Below the pieces are notes generated by a model, which had not been told where the DNA came from, made no database searches, and saw nothing but the letters and a program-made list of their open reading frames with translations. Both the position numbers and the translations under genes were made by a program. Positions 1 through 9,196 of a DNA stretch of 64,000 nt are shown in pieces. Positions within the stretch are counted from its first letter, which is position 1; every line of letters begins with the position of its first letter. Source of the DNA: an uncultured Chitinophagaceae bacterium (GTDB lineage Bacteria; Bacteroidota; Ignavibacteria; UBA10030; UBA8401); assembly GCA_964409765.1 (NCBI GenBank), contig CAYPEM010000019.1, positions 1,429 to 65,428 on the forward strand, in the 5' to 3' direction.

Positions 1-940
1 GCTCGTTAATCTTCTCTTCTGTAATCCTGCCATTTCTCTTTACGATGAGCGCATGACCTGGTTTTACTTCTTTTATACTCTCAACAGGCACATTGAATGC
101 CGTCTGTATCGTCGGACGTTCACTCGTAACAACTACCACTTCTTCGTCTTTGTAATAATACGCCGGACGTATTCCCGCAGGATCTCTCAACACAAATGCA
201 TCGCCATGTCCAAGCAAACCGGCAATGGTATAACCGCCATCCCAGTTTTTCGAAGAGTTGCGAAGTATTTTGGCAATGTCGATATGCTCGGCGATCAGCG
301 GTGATATTTCCTGCTTACTGTTTCCCAGCTGACGGAATTTCTGATACATCCTCTCGTTCTCTTCGTCGAGGATGTGGCCGATGTTTTCCATCACCGTAAC
401 CGTATCCGCTTTTTCTTTCGGATGCTGCCCGATTGCAATCAGGTCGTTAAAAAGTTCATCCACATTCGTCATGTTGAAGTTCCCCGCTACCACCAGGTTT
501 TTCGTCATCCAGTTGTTCTGCCGGAGAAACGGGTGACAGGCTTCTACACTATTTCCTCCATAAGTACCATATCGTAAATGTCCAAGCCAGAGCTCACCTG
601 TAAACGGCAGGTTTTTCTTCAGCCATTGTGGGTCGTTGAGGTATGCCGGATTTTGCTTTGCCGCATCTTCAAACCGCATCTGGATGCGACGAAAGATGTC
701 TGCTATCGCCTGCTTATGATTCGACCTGTATCTGCTGATATAGCGTGTTCCCGGTTCCACATCAAATTTGATGTTCGCCACACCCGCTCCATCCTGACCC
801 CTGTTATGCTGCTTTTCCATCAGCAAATAGGTTTTATTCAGTCCGTAAAAAGCCGTATGGTATTTTTTCTGGTAATAGGATAGCGGCTTTAAAAGCCTCA
901 CCAATGCTATTCCGCACTCGTGTTTTAGATTGTCTGACAT
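1..940 (-). CDS. purF: Amidophosphoribosyltransferase-like class II glutamine amidotransferase (N-terminal ~313 aa; C-terminus runs off the window start)
   Basis: Manual translation of the minus strand from the ATG at 940 gives MSDNLKHECGIALVR...MEKQHNRGQDGAGV...GHLRYGTYG...AGNFNMTN. The Cys nucleophile directly after the N-terminus and the RGQD(A/G)AG, GHxRY and N-terminal nucleophile hydrolase motifs align to PurF. This ORF is absent from the ORF track because it is truncated by the window edge. Confidence 0.65.
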   Translation of the reverse strand, partial: MSDNLKHECGIALVRLLKPLSYYQKKYHTAFYGLNKTYLLMEKQHNRGQDGAGVANIKFDVEPGTRYISRYRSNHKQAIADIFRRIQMRFEDAAKQNPAYLNDPQWLKKNLPFTGELWLGHLRYGTYGGNSVEACHPFLRQNNWMTKNLVVAGNFNMTNVDELFNDLIAIGQHPKEKADTVTVMENIGHILDEENERMYQKFRQLGNSKQEISPLIAEHIDIAKILRNSSKNWDGGYTIAGLLGHGDAFVLRDPAGIRPAYYYKDEEVVVVTSERPTIQTAFNVPVESIKEVKPGHALIVKRNGRITEEKINE

Positions 941-1681
941 CTGCGACAAAGATAAGCCTTTTACCCGGGATTTCGAATTTTGCCCTTGGTGGCTTATGTT
1001 AAGTTTGGATAAATATGGAGTTAAAACATGGTGGTTTAATGTAATTGATCATCTACCACCATCTTTGAACCTGGAACCTATTTGATTATTTATATTTATC
1101 TGTTTGTCCTGTAGGGACGTAATGTTTAAAAATTTAAATGAGGGTTTTTTCCTTCCGTCCCTACTGGACAGTTTTGTCGGAGAGGGGTTTTTTCTACCGG
1201 CATTTTGTTCCTAAGGGACAGATATAAAACAACTGTTGAATTTTATAGCTTAGAAAATTATTTTAATCAAATCATTCCTTTTCGGGTAATATAAACACAA
1301 ATTTTTCCTTATAAATACTTACTCCTTTGTCCCGTAGGGACATTATATCGGTAGAAAACATTCAACACATTCCTTTCGTCCCGTAGGGCAATGTCATTAA
1401 GTTAAGCGAAATGGATCCTAAACAGGATCCTCAAATGAAATTTATTCATTTTATTCGTGTATTCGTGGCAATTTTAAAAATATTTGATTGCCACGAATGC
1501 ACGAATTTTTGAAAAATAACTTTTTATAATTCTTAACTTAATGACATTGCCCGTAGGGGCGTAATATTAAAAGTGCGATCGGAGAATCAAACATTCCGTC
1601 TCTACTGGGCGTTTTCGCGTGGTGGCTTTTTTCTACCGACATTTAGTCCCAACAAGAAAGATATAAAAAAATTTAATTAGA
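941..1681. repeat. Cluster of REP-like GC hairpins. Two copies of a ~120-bp unit (about 1106-1228 and 1549-1668) flank a long imperfect inverted repeat (arms 1385-1405 and 1533-1553) with nested palindromes (ggatcctaaacaggatcc at 1413-1430; 1450-1471 against 1487-1506).
   Basis: Direct reading: at least 6 occurrences of gtccc-(N3)-gggac-type hairpins (cctgtagggacg, ccgtccctactggac, cctaagggac, gtcccgtagggac, gtcccgtagggc, gcccgtaggggc). The arm caatgtcattaagttaag and its exact reverse complement cttaacttaatgacattg are present. Confidence 0.7.
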
Positions 1682-2971
1682 TCAGGCTTCAATCTCCTCC
1701 GCATCCACGCTTACCTTCTGAAAAGCGATCGTGAATGTGTGCAGGCCATTCACATAATCGTAGTTGATCGAAAAATTATCGTGGTCGATTATCTTCTTCA
1801 CGATTGCAAGACCAAGGCCGACTGAGTCCGGCGAATCTCCTTTCTTAAATCGCTCAAATACCTCCCGGCCCGAAATCGTCAGCGGATCACCACTGTTTGC
1901 AATTACTATTTTCTCTTTCGTTAACGTTACAAAAAGATCTCCTCCGTTCTTGTTATACTTGATTGCATTCGACAGCAGGTTCGTAAATAATATTCCTGCC
2001 AGATTCGGATTCATCTTTACAACCACGCTGTCGTCAATATCCGTGTGTACTTTGATTTCTCTCGATGAAATAAAAAGCTCCAGGTCTTCCAGTTGCTTCC
2101 TCAGCAACTGCCCGAACGACAGCATCTGTCCTCCCGCATACTGATCATTTTCAATCCTCGTCAGCAGGATCAATCCCTTATTCATCTTCGAAAGCCTGTT
2201 TACGGAATCGAGTGTTCCCAAAATCTGCTGAACCTGCTCCTCATCGTGGGCATTCTGAAGCAACAATTCGAGCTTCGACCGGATGATCGCAAGCGGCGTC
2301 TGCGTTTCGTGCGACATATTCTCGGTAAACTCCCGGAGGTTTTTATAGTCTCTCGAAACTTTATCAGTAAGCCGTGTAAGTTCGGAATTGAGCGTGTTGA
2401 ATTCGTCCACTTTACTTTTCTGAAATTTAACAACGCCCCCTTTCTGCAGATCAAAATTTTTAAGAATGTTCAGCGCCCTGTAAAACGGATTCCATACCCG
2501 GCTGGAAAACCATCTGTTCAGGAAATAAAAACAAATAATTATGTCGAGCGAAACCAATATTAACGTAATAAAAATTCCACTCACAAGCTGTTCGTTTTCT
2601 GTAAGCCTTCTCGAGATTTTTACATTGTAACTCTTTCCTTTGACCAGCTGCTGATAGGATAATACACGAAACGGAACTTTCTTTTTTTCATACAGGTCGT
2701 AGATCGTCGTATCTTTTATTGAGACCCTGAAGGAAGAAAATTTGTCGATAGGTTCTATTTCGAGCCTGTCGCCGATGATGAAATGTACATCCTGTAAGTC
2801 CTTCTGCAAAGCGAGCTGTTTCTCAATTTCCAGTTTCTCGTATAACATGTGTTCCGAAATTTCATTGTCAACGATGTACACAACCCTGTAAGCAAGAAAA
2901 GCACTGCTCACAAGTAATAACACTAAAGCGATGATAATGTAATAACGATTTGTAATATTGAGCAGCTTCAT
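1682..2971 (-). CDS. Sensor histidine kinase (N-terminal TM, HisKA H-box, HATPase_c)
   Basis: H-box FTENMSHETQTPLAIIRS; N/G-box region NAIKYNKNGGDL...GLGLAIVKKI. The stop overlaps the start of the downstream response regulator gene. Confidence 0.85.
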   Translation of the reverse strand: MKLLNITNRYYIIIALVLLLVSSAFLAYRVVYIVDNEISEHMLYEKLEIEKQLALQKDLQDVHFIIGDRLEIEPIDKFSSFRVSIKDTTIYDLYEKKKVPFRVLSYQQLVKGKSYNVKISRRLTENEQLVSGIFITLILVSLDIIICFYFLNRWFSSRVWNPFYRALNILKNFDLQKGGVVKFQKSKVDEFNTLNSELTRLTDKVSRDYKNLREFTENMSHETQTPLAIIRSKLELLLQNAHDEEQVQQILGTLDSVNRLSKMNKGLILLTRIENDQYAGGQMLSFGQLLRKQLEDLELFISSREIKVHTDIDDSVVVKMNPNLAGILFTNLLSNAIKYNKNGGDLFVTLTKEKIVIANSGDPLTISGREVFERFKKGDSPDSVGLGLAIVKKIIDHDNFSINYDYVNGLHTFTIAFQKVSVDAEEIEA

Positions 2972-3645
2972 TCAGCGACAAATTTGTAGCCCACCCCATA
3001 AACAGATTTCAGGTAATCATTCCCTCCATTGTCAGTGATTTTTTTGCGGAGATTCTTAATATGACTGTATATAAAATCAAAAGAGTCGGCTATGTCGGCA
3101 TGATCACCCCAGAGATGTTCAGCAATGGATTCCTTTGTTAGCACCTTGTTCTGATTGTTGATCATATACAATAAAAGTTCGTGCTCCTTTTTCGTAAGGC
3201 TGACCATTTTATCGTTGACGAACATCTGCATCTCTTCCGGAATTACGCGAAGTTCATTGAATACGATTTCCTTCTTCTCCTGCACCGAACGCCTCCTCAC
3301 TACCGATTTAATCCTCGCAACAAGCTCAGGCATGTAAAACGGCTTTGTCACGTAATCATCCGCACCAAAATTCAATCCCACGAGGCGGTCGTCCAGCGAA
3401 TTTTTTGCAGAAACGATAACAATAGCAGTATGATTTTCTTTATTCTGCATTTCATTTATCACCTTCAGCCCGCTGCCGTCGGGCAGGCCTATGTCGAGCA
3501 CAATGCAATCGTATATATTATGGTCAATCTGCTTTATGGCCTCGTTCAGGTTCGTCGCCTGGTCGCAAGTCATTCCCGACTCTTTCAAAAAGGTCATCAT
3601 CGAATCGAGGAGCTGCTTTTCATCTTCTACAATAAGTATTTTCAT
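2968..3645 (-). CDS. OmpR-family response regulator (receiver plus winged-helix DNA-binding domain)
   Basis: MKILIVEDE...DLGLPDGSG...KP receiver motifs. C-terminal winged-helix trans_reg_C-like YGVGYKF. There is a 4-bp overlap with the kinase gene. Confidence 0.9.
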   Translation of the reverse strand: MKILIVEDEKQLLDSMMTFLKESGMTCDQATNLNEAIKQIDHNIYDCIVLDIGLPDGSGLKVINEMQNKENHTAIVIVSAKNSLDDRLVGLNFGADDYVTKPFYMPELVARIKSVVRRRSVQEKKEIVFNELRVIPEEMQMFVNDKMVSLTKKEHELLLYMINNQNKVLTKESIAEHLWGDHADIADSFDFIYSHIKNLRKKITDNGGNDYLKSVYGVGYKFVAE

Positions 3646-3822
3646 AAGAACTTATTTATTAACGTGGTGAATTTTGTCTATCCCGCCAGATAGTTTTGTA
3701 AATATAATTATCCTTTGTCAAATTTCATTTTAAATATAGTATCATGAGAAGGGATTGGTTTACATTTGCTACATAATACATATAAAACCAACCATTTCAT
3801 CCGTTATTTAGTCTACTCTGAC

Positions 3823-4677
3823 ATGAAACGCTCTCTGTATTTTACCCTGGCTCTTCTAACGGCAGGAATCATGTTTTCAGCAGGTATGATGGACGACAAT
3901 GGCCGGGCCGGGTACACTGCTTCTCCCGGTGAAACAACATGCAATACCACCAACTGCCATAATTCCTTTACCTTAAATTCCGGCGGTGGATCTATCATTG
4001 CCACGAGTACGATGAACAACTGGACATACGATCCATTGACGACCTATTCCATCAGCATTAAGGTTGAAAAAACGGGATTTGCACTTTTCGGTGTCGGAGT
4101 TGAAATACTTACCGGCACGAATGCAAATGCCGGTACTATCACAGTGACCGATGCTGCTCACACCCAGATAAAATCGCGGGTCGTGAGTGGCGTTACGAGG
4201 AGGAATCTCGTTCATACGCTGAATGGCGGCGCCTCACAGGATTCCATGATTTTCACATTTAACTGGACGTCGCCTGATACGACTACCGGTCCCGTCACCA
4301 TGTATTTTGCCGGTAATGCAGCAAATTCGAGCGGCTCAAGGACTGGCGATTATATATATAACTCATCACTGATAATTTCTCCTTCGTCCGGAAATCATAC
4401 TGGTGATCTGAAGGTAATCGATTCGTTTTCCATACATCCCAATCCGGCAAAGGAGCGCGTTACAATCCATTTTACTCTTGCGAAATACGAAAACGTAAAT
4501 ATCCGGCTCAGCGACCTGCAGGGAAAATATACGGCAGTACTTTTCGATGAAAACAAACCCGCCGGAAATTACGACGAAGTACTTATTCTTCCGGCCGATT
4601 GCGAAGCGGGGTTGTATCTCCTGAGTATTGCAAGTGCTTCCGGCAAAGCCTGTAAAAAACTGTTAGTTCTGGAATGA
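3823..4677 (+). CDS. Secreted hypothetical protein with a T9SS (Por) C-terminal sorting domain
   Basis: Signal peptide MKRSLYFTLALLTAGIMFSAG (internal Met of the ORF 3766..4677). C-terminal motif IHPNPAKERVTIHF...GLYLLSIAS...KLLVLE is typical of a T9SS CTD. Confidence 0.6.
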   Translation: MKRSLYFTLALLTAGIMFSAGMMDDNGRAGYTASPGETTCNTTNCHNSFTLNSGGGSIIATSTMNNWTYDPLTTYSISIKVEKTGFALFGVGVEILTGTNANAGTITVTDAAHTQIKSRVVSGVTRRNLVHTLNGGASQDSMIFTFNWTSPDTTTGPVTMYFAGNAANSSGSRTGDYIYNSSLIISPSSGNHTGDLKVIDSFSIHPNPAKERVTIHFTLAKYENVNIRLSDLQGKYTAVLFDENKPAGNYDEVLILPADCEAGLYLLSIASASGKACKKLLVLE

Positions 4678-4810
4678 AGCGCGGAACAGAACTCATAAAA
4701 AATCTCATTCGGCAGTCTGTTTTCCCCGTTGAGTAAATTATTTTACACGTCTATGGTTCATTTAATAATTTTGTGAGGTAAATGTGTTTCAAAAGCAATA
4801 ATACTCCGTA

Positions 4811-5182
4811 ATGAATAGAAGGCTTCGATATATTTTTGTTTCGCTTTTATGTATGATGGTGTCTTCCTGCGTTCATGAAACGGATCTTTCAAATTTAAAG
4901 AGCATGTCGTTTTCTTCGGACATACAACCGATTCTTGCGGGTAATTGCACACAGAGCGGTTGTCATGCTGCCACCGGAGGTGAATTCCCCCTGGTGACTT
5001 ATGACGATGTGATGTCGAACGGAGACATTGAGCCGGGAAATGCACACAAGAGTAAACTCTATGAAGTAGTAAGCGGAAAAGAAGGAGATGAACCCATGCC
5101 GCCTCCGCCCCGGCCGGCACTATCAACAGAACAATTACAGTTTATATACCTATGGATTGAACAGGGAGCAAAAAATAATTAA
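4811..5182 (+). CDS. Small lipoprotein with a Cys-x4-Cys-His motif (possible non-canonical heme c or metal site)
   Basis: Signal/lipobox MMVSSC. Motif AGNCTQSGCHAATGGEF, and a C-terminal LWIEQGAKNN shared with the next gene and with the N-terminal domain of CDS 36436..37890. Confidence 0.5.
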   Translation: MNRRLRYIFVSLLCMMVSSCVHETDLSNLKSMSFSSDIQPILAGNCTQSGCHAATGGEFPLVTYDDVMSNGDIEPGNAHKSKLYEVVSGKEGDEPMPPPPRPALSTEQLQFIYLWIEQGAKNN

Positions 5183-5186
5183 TTAT

Positions 5187-5579
5187 ATGAAAAGTACTTT
5201 GAGTGCCATTGCATTGATTGCAATGTTTACAGGATGCTATTACGATAATCTTGAGGAATTACATCCAAATACTGAACCTTGCGATACAACCGGAACAATA
5301 TCATATATTAACGACATAAACCCGATCATGTTGCACAGTTGCGGAAGCCAGGATTTAGCCTGTCATAATACTGATGCTTCTCAAAGTGGTTATGGATTAG
5401 GAACATATGATGATGTAATAAATACTATTGATAATAGCGGAATATTTTTAGAAACAATAAAACATGATCCGTCGATAAGTTCTGCGAAATGGATGCCTAA
5501 AAACTCCAGCTCGATGATTGACGACTGCAGCATACAAAAAATCGAAGCCTGGATAAACAGGGGCCGGCCAAATAACTAA
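5187..5579 (+). CDS. Small lipoprotein, paralog of the previous gene (Cys-x6-Cys-His motif)
   Basis: Internal Met of the ORF 5088..5579 gives MKSTLSAIALIAMFTGC (lipobox). Motif LHSCGSQDLACHNTDASQ. C-terminal AWINRGRPNN. Confidence 0.5.
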   Translation: MKSTLSAIALIAMFTGCYYDNLEELHPNTEPCDTTGTISYINDINPIMLHSCGSQDLACHNTDASQSGYGLGTYDDVINTIDNSGIFLETIKHDPSISSAKWMPKNSSSMIDDCSIQKIEAWINRGRPNN

Positions 5580-5586
5580 TTTTACC

Positions 5587-6480
5587 GTGATGAACATAAG
5601 AAAAATAATTATCGCATGCATATTACCTCTCTCGCTTTCGACTGTAAAAGCACAGGATATGCTGAGCGAACTCGACGCGGGTTCCGACGAACCAAAGGAT
5701 TATGTAATTGCAACATTTAAAACTACACGACTTGTAAATCAGCATACGCTTGAGTCGCTTGGGCCGCGGACGCTCGACTTTCGCATCTCTCACCGATTTG
5801 GACCCGTGAATTCGGGATCGTATGGCGCCTGGGGAATTGATGGTCCTGCCAACATCAGGCTTTCACTTGAATATAGTCCGGAGGGGCGCTTCATGTTTGG
5901 TATCGGCAGAAGTTCTTATGATAAGGTTGTAGATGGTTTTCTGAAATACCGCCTGCTGCGACAAACAACAGATAACAGCATGCCATTAAGCATGACTCTT
6001 TTTGCGGGGGCTTATTATACAGCCATCAAGGATCCGAATGCAGAGGCAAACGGATATGATAAATACGAATACACATCGAGCCGCATGTCGTATTGTTTCG
6101 AAATGATGCTTGGCCGCAAGTTCAGTCCGAAATTTTCGCTGCAGGTTGCTCCCTGGTTTGTGCATTATAACCTCGTCGAAAACATCACCGACAAGAACGA
6201 CGCTTATGGTGTTGCCGGATTATTCAGATTTAAGTTTACCAAACGTTCTGCGATAACATTCGAGTATGGATATCGCATCAACGAGTATTCCGTCGAAAAA
6301 AAATACTACGACAGCATGGCCATCGGATATGAACTTGAAACCGGAGGACACGTTTTCCAGATTCACTTTACGAATAGCTTCGGAATTGTCGAAAGCCAGT
6401 TTTTCCCTCATACTGACTCGCAGTGGAATGATATGGGGATACGACTTGGATTTAATATTTCCCGGGTGTTTACATTGTAA
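5587..6480 (+). CDS. Hypothetical outer-membrane/secreted protein (signal peptide, beta-rich)
   Basis: Signal peptide MMNIRKIIIACILPLSLSTVKAQ. Alternating hydrophobic pattern. Lies in an apparent operon with the two Cys-His lipoproteins. Confidence 0.45.
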   Translation: MMNIRKIIIACILPLSLSTVKAQDMLSELDAGSDEPKDYVIATFKTTRLVNQHTLESLGPRTLDFRISHRFGPVNSGSYGAWGIDGPANIRLSLEYSPEGRFMFGIGRSSYDKVVDGFLKYRLLRQTTDNSMPLSMTLFAGAYYTAIKDPNAEANGYDKYEYTSSRMSYCFEMMLGRKFSPKFSLQVAPWFVHYNLVENITDKNDAYGVAGLFRFKFTKRSAITFEYGYRINEYSVEKKYYDSMAIGYELETGGHVFQIHFTNSFGIVESQFFPHTDSQWNDMGIRLGFNISRVFTL

Positions 6481-6481
6481 T

Positions 6482-6604
6482 TTAACACAGAGGCACGGAT
6501 TACACAGAGGTACACGGAGTATATTAAAAGCTATTGGGGAATTATTATTAAATTATTTAATCAAATCTCTGTGGACCTCTGTGTAATCCGTGGCGCTGTG
6601 TTAA
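6482..6604. terminator. Long imperfect inverted repeat (about 30-bp arms) forming a hairpin between convergent genes; probable bidirectional terminator
   Basis: ttaacacagaggcacggattacacagaggt (6482-6511) against acctctgtgtaatccgtggcgctgtgttaa (6575-6604). The internal cacagagg motif is repeated. Confidence 0.5.
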
Positions 6605-6610
6605 AAATTT

Positions 6611-7327
6611 TCATCGAACTTTCACTGCCGCCAAAATCTTCATCGTCTGCTTATGCTGCACAAAAGCTATGAGCCGATGTTTTTCTGAAAGTTTAATTCC
6701 TTTTAGCGGAACCTTTGCCTGACCCGTAGCACCGGGATTATCCCTGGAAATAAAAATCCTGACCACATGATCATGATGCAAAACCTTTCCTTTGTTTTCT
6801 CCGCCGGTTACCGTGCTGCTCAAATCATTTTCCGTAATCACACATTTCAAAACAAAATTCTGATTGGGAACTGATAATTGATAGTTTAGAAAAATGGTAT
6901 CGTTTGCTATCGAATCGATGCCAGCAGTTAAGTTCATTTGAGGAGGTATCGACAACGCTTTTGTAATGTATTCATTCATCTTGCTTTCATTCGAACCGGT
7001 AAATGAAAACGATCCATTGATAACCGCTTCCGGTGTATACAATTCCTTCTCGGTTAAAACGCGTGTGTAATTTTCCTGTCGCAGGGTGAATTGATTCCTG
7101 CTGAACGGATCTTTCCATCCGCCTTTGTTCCAATAGTCGACGTGGTATTCGAGGAAGAAGACATTCTGATTATTTTTTTCTGCATTCTTTGCGACTTTGC
7201 TTAATACGCCATCGGCGGGCGGGCAGGATAAACAACCTTCTGAGGTAAATAATTCGACGACGGCAAATGGTTTTTGGGCGAAAGAAATTGTTGTAATGAA
7301 GAAAAATAAAATCAATGTTGATTTCAT
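6611..7327 (-). CDS. DUF1223-like thioredoxin-fold protein
   Basis: Signal peptide, then ELFTSEGCLSCPPAD, the hallmark CxxC segment of the DUF1223 family. Confidence 0.6.
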   Translation of the reverse strand: MKSTLILFFFITTISFAQKPFAVVELFTSEGCLSCPPADGVLSKVAKNAEKNNQNVFFLEYHVDYWNKGGWKDPFSRNQFTLRQENYTRVLTEKELYTPEAVINGSFSFTGSNESKMNEYITKALSIPPQMNLTAGIDSIANDTIFLNYQLSVPNQNFVLKCVITENDLSSTVTGGENKGKVLHHDHVVRIFISRDNPGATGQAKVPLKGIKLSEKHRLIAFVQHKQTMKILAAVKVR

Positions 7328-7338
7328 GAAGGTTGAAT

Positions 7339-9174
7339 TTAAATTTTCAACAATCTGCCAAACGCAAAACTTCCATAATTTGTTTTCAGGGTATAAAAAT
7401 AAACTCCTTCAGGAAAAGCCGAAAGGTCAATTTCACTTTTATCTGTGGATAAAATTTTTTGACCGAATAAATTCATTATTTCGATTTCAAGGATAACATT
7501 TGAATTATCGGGTCTAAAAACAAAGATCCCATTGGAAGGATTGGGTAAAACAGAAATTAATTGAGTGCCCTCGGTTTTTGAAATTCCTATCAGGCTATAA
7601 TAAAATTCCTCGGAATAACCGCGACAACCGATTGAATCAGTAATCTCAACTACATAATCACCGTCTTGTATCGGTATATAATCCTGCGATACAGCCCCGG
7701 CAATTAAATTACCGTTCAGAAACCACTGATAGGAAACTGCGCTTGTTGAATGCAATATGCCATTGACAATTGAAACAAACGGTTTAACGGTATTGCAACC
7801 GATCTTAGCAGTTAATGCGTTGTTATCTATACAATTTAATATTGTCGCACCCAATGTTATTGACACACTATAACGACCGGTAATAAAACAAGAACCAAAA
7901 TTATCAGCTGAAATTCCAAACCCGACTCCTCTACCATCACTCGATGTTATCATCCAGACCAAATTTCCATTGTTATCAAATTTTGCAGTCAAAATTGAAT
8001 TGGTGCCATTATCGAAAAGTGTGTCACTATCAAAGATAATAGTATCACTGAATTCTCCGGTAATAAAACTGTTGCCATAAATATCGGTTGAAATACTGTT
8101 AGCCGAATTAAAATTCCCTGGATTCGCAACATCATGTTTTGCCCATTGCTCATTTCCGGATGAATCATACTTTGCTATGAATATTCCATTACCCACCGTT
8201 GTATCAGTATCAAACACTGCCCCGTCTGAGGCATAACCGGTGATATAAATATTTCCTGAACCATCGGTTGAAATACCATTAGATTCGTCCGCTATAATTG
8301 AACTTCCGCCAGCGTCTTTGGCCCAAATCACATTTCCGGTTGTATCATATTTTACCAGGAAAATATCGGTACCACCTGCGCTGATTAATGTGTCTTGTGA
8401 AAATATTACCGCAGGTCCGAAATTTCCTGTAACTAAAATATTACTATCAAATAAAGTAACACTGTTTCCTATGCTGCCAGTTGCACCTCCGACTTGCTTT
8501 GCCCAACGTCGGTTTCCTGAAGAATCATAAGCCGCAACAAAATAATGGGTGTGTGCTATATCGCCAATTAATGTATCAGCGCCAATAATTAATGTGTCCT
8601 GGAAAAATCCGGTTATAAAACTATTTCCAGTACTGTCTGCTACAATACTTTTACCCAGGTCAATATAATTTCCTCCCTCCTGTTTTACCCACTGAAATAT
8701 TCCTGACGTGTCATATTTCGCAATGAAAATATCTTCACTATTGTTTTTACTAATAATTGTATCATTACCAAAAACAGCTGTGTCCCTGAAGTTACCGGTT
8801 ACATATACATTTCCAATTTTATCCAGTGAAATTCCATAACCACGGTCATGCGCAGTTGGTGAAGCAACATTTATATTGCCGCCTCTGTTAACCCAAATTA
8901 CTCTTCCTAAAGAATCATACTTTACAACAAAAACAGCATGTTGTCCTATTTCATTGCTATTTAACGCGATTCCGTCAAAATATGCCGGCGTCCCGCTAAA
9001 GCCTCCGGTAACATATGTATTTCCGCTACCATCTGTGATTATTGCATTACCAACTGTGCCTCTCGCAACAGGAGCTGTTGCCCACCACCAGTCTGCTGAT
9101 TGGGAAAAAATGAAATTTCCAATGAATAAAAATAATGTAGTCAGCAGGAATTTTTTGTTTAATTTATTATTCAT
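7339..9174 (-). CDS. SBBP-repeat beta-propeller protein with T9SS C-terminal sorting domain
   Basis: Many repeats of the SGN.YVTG.F type (TDGSGNTYVTGGFSG, DKIGNVYVTGNF, DSTGNSFITGFF, and others). C-terminal VLPNPSNGIFVF...GVYFYTL...LLKI. Confidence 0.8.
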   Translation of the reverse strand: MNNKLNKKFLLTTLFLFIGNFIFSQSADWWWATAPVARGTVGNAIITDGSGNTYVTGGFSGTPAYFDGIALNSNEIGQHAVFVVKYDSLGRVIWVNRGGNINVASPTAHDRGYGISLDKIGNVYVTGNFRDTAVFGNDTIISKNNSEDIFIAKYDTSGIFQWVKQEGGNYIDLGKSIVADSTGNSFITGFFQDTLIIGADTLIGDIAHTHYFVAAYDSSGNRRWAKQVGGATGSIGNSVTLFDSNILVTGNFGPAVIFSQDTLISAGGTDIFLVKYDTTGNVIWAKDAGGSSIIADESNGISTDGSGNIYITGYASDGAVFDTDTTVGNGIFIAKYDSSGNEQWAKHDVANPGNFNSANSISTDIYGNSFITGEFSDTIIFDSDTLFDNGTNSILTAKFDNNGNLVWMITSSDGRGVGFGISADNFGSCFITGRYSVSITLGATILNCIDNNALTAKIGCNTVKPFVSIVNGILHSTSAVSYQWFLNGNLIAGAVSQDYIPIQDGDYVVEITDSIGCRGYSEEFYYSLIGISKTEGTQLISVLPNPSNGIFVFRPDNSNVILEIEIMNLFGQKILSTDKSEIDLSAFPEGVYFYTLKTNYGSFAFGRLLKI

Positions 9175-9196
9175 TGGTGGAGATATGAATTAAAAT

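Noticed and set aside
53-883. Plus-strand ORFs 53..304, 196..399, 374..577 and 578..883 from the ORF track
   Set aside because: These are shadow frames opposite a well-supported minus-strand purF-like gene (1..940). They have no motifs and their composition is odd, including Arg-rich stretches.
1764-2563. Plus-strand ORFs 1764..2144 and 2093..2563, and minus-strand ORF 2200..2454
   Set aside because: They lie entirely inside, and on the strand antisense or out of frame to, the histidine kinase gene. They are low-complexity translations.
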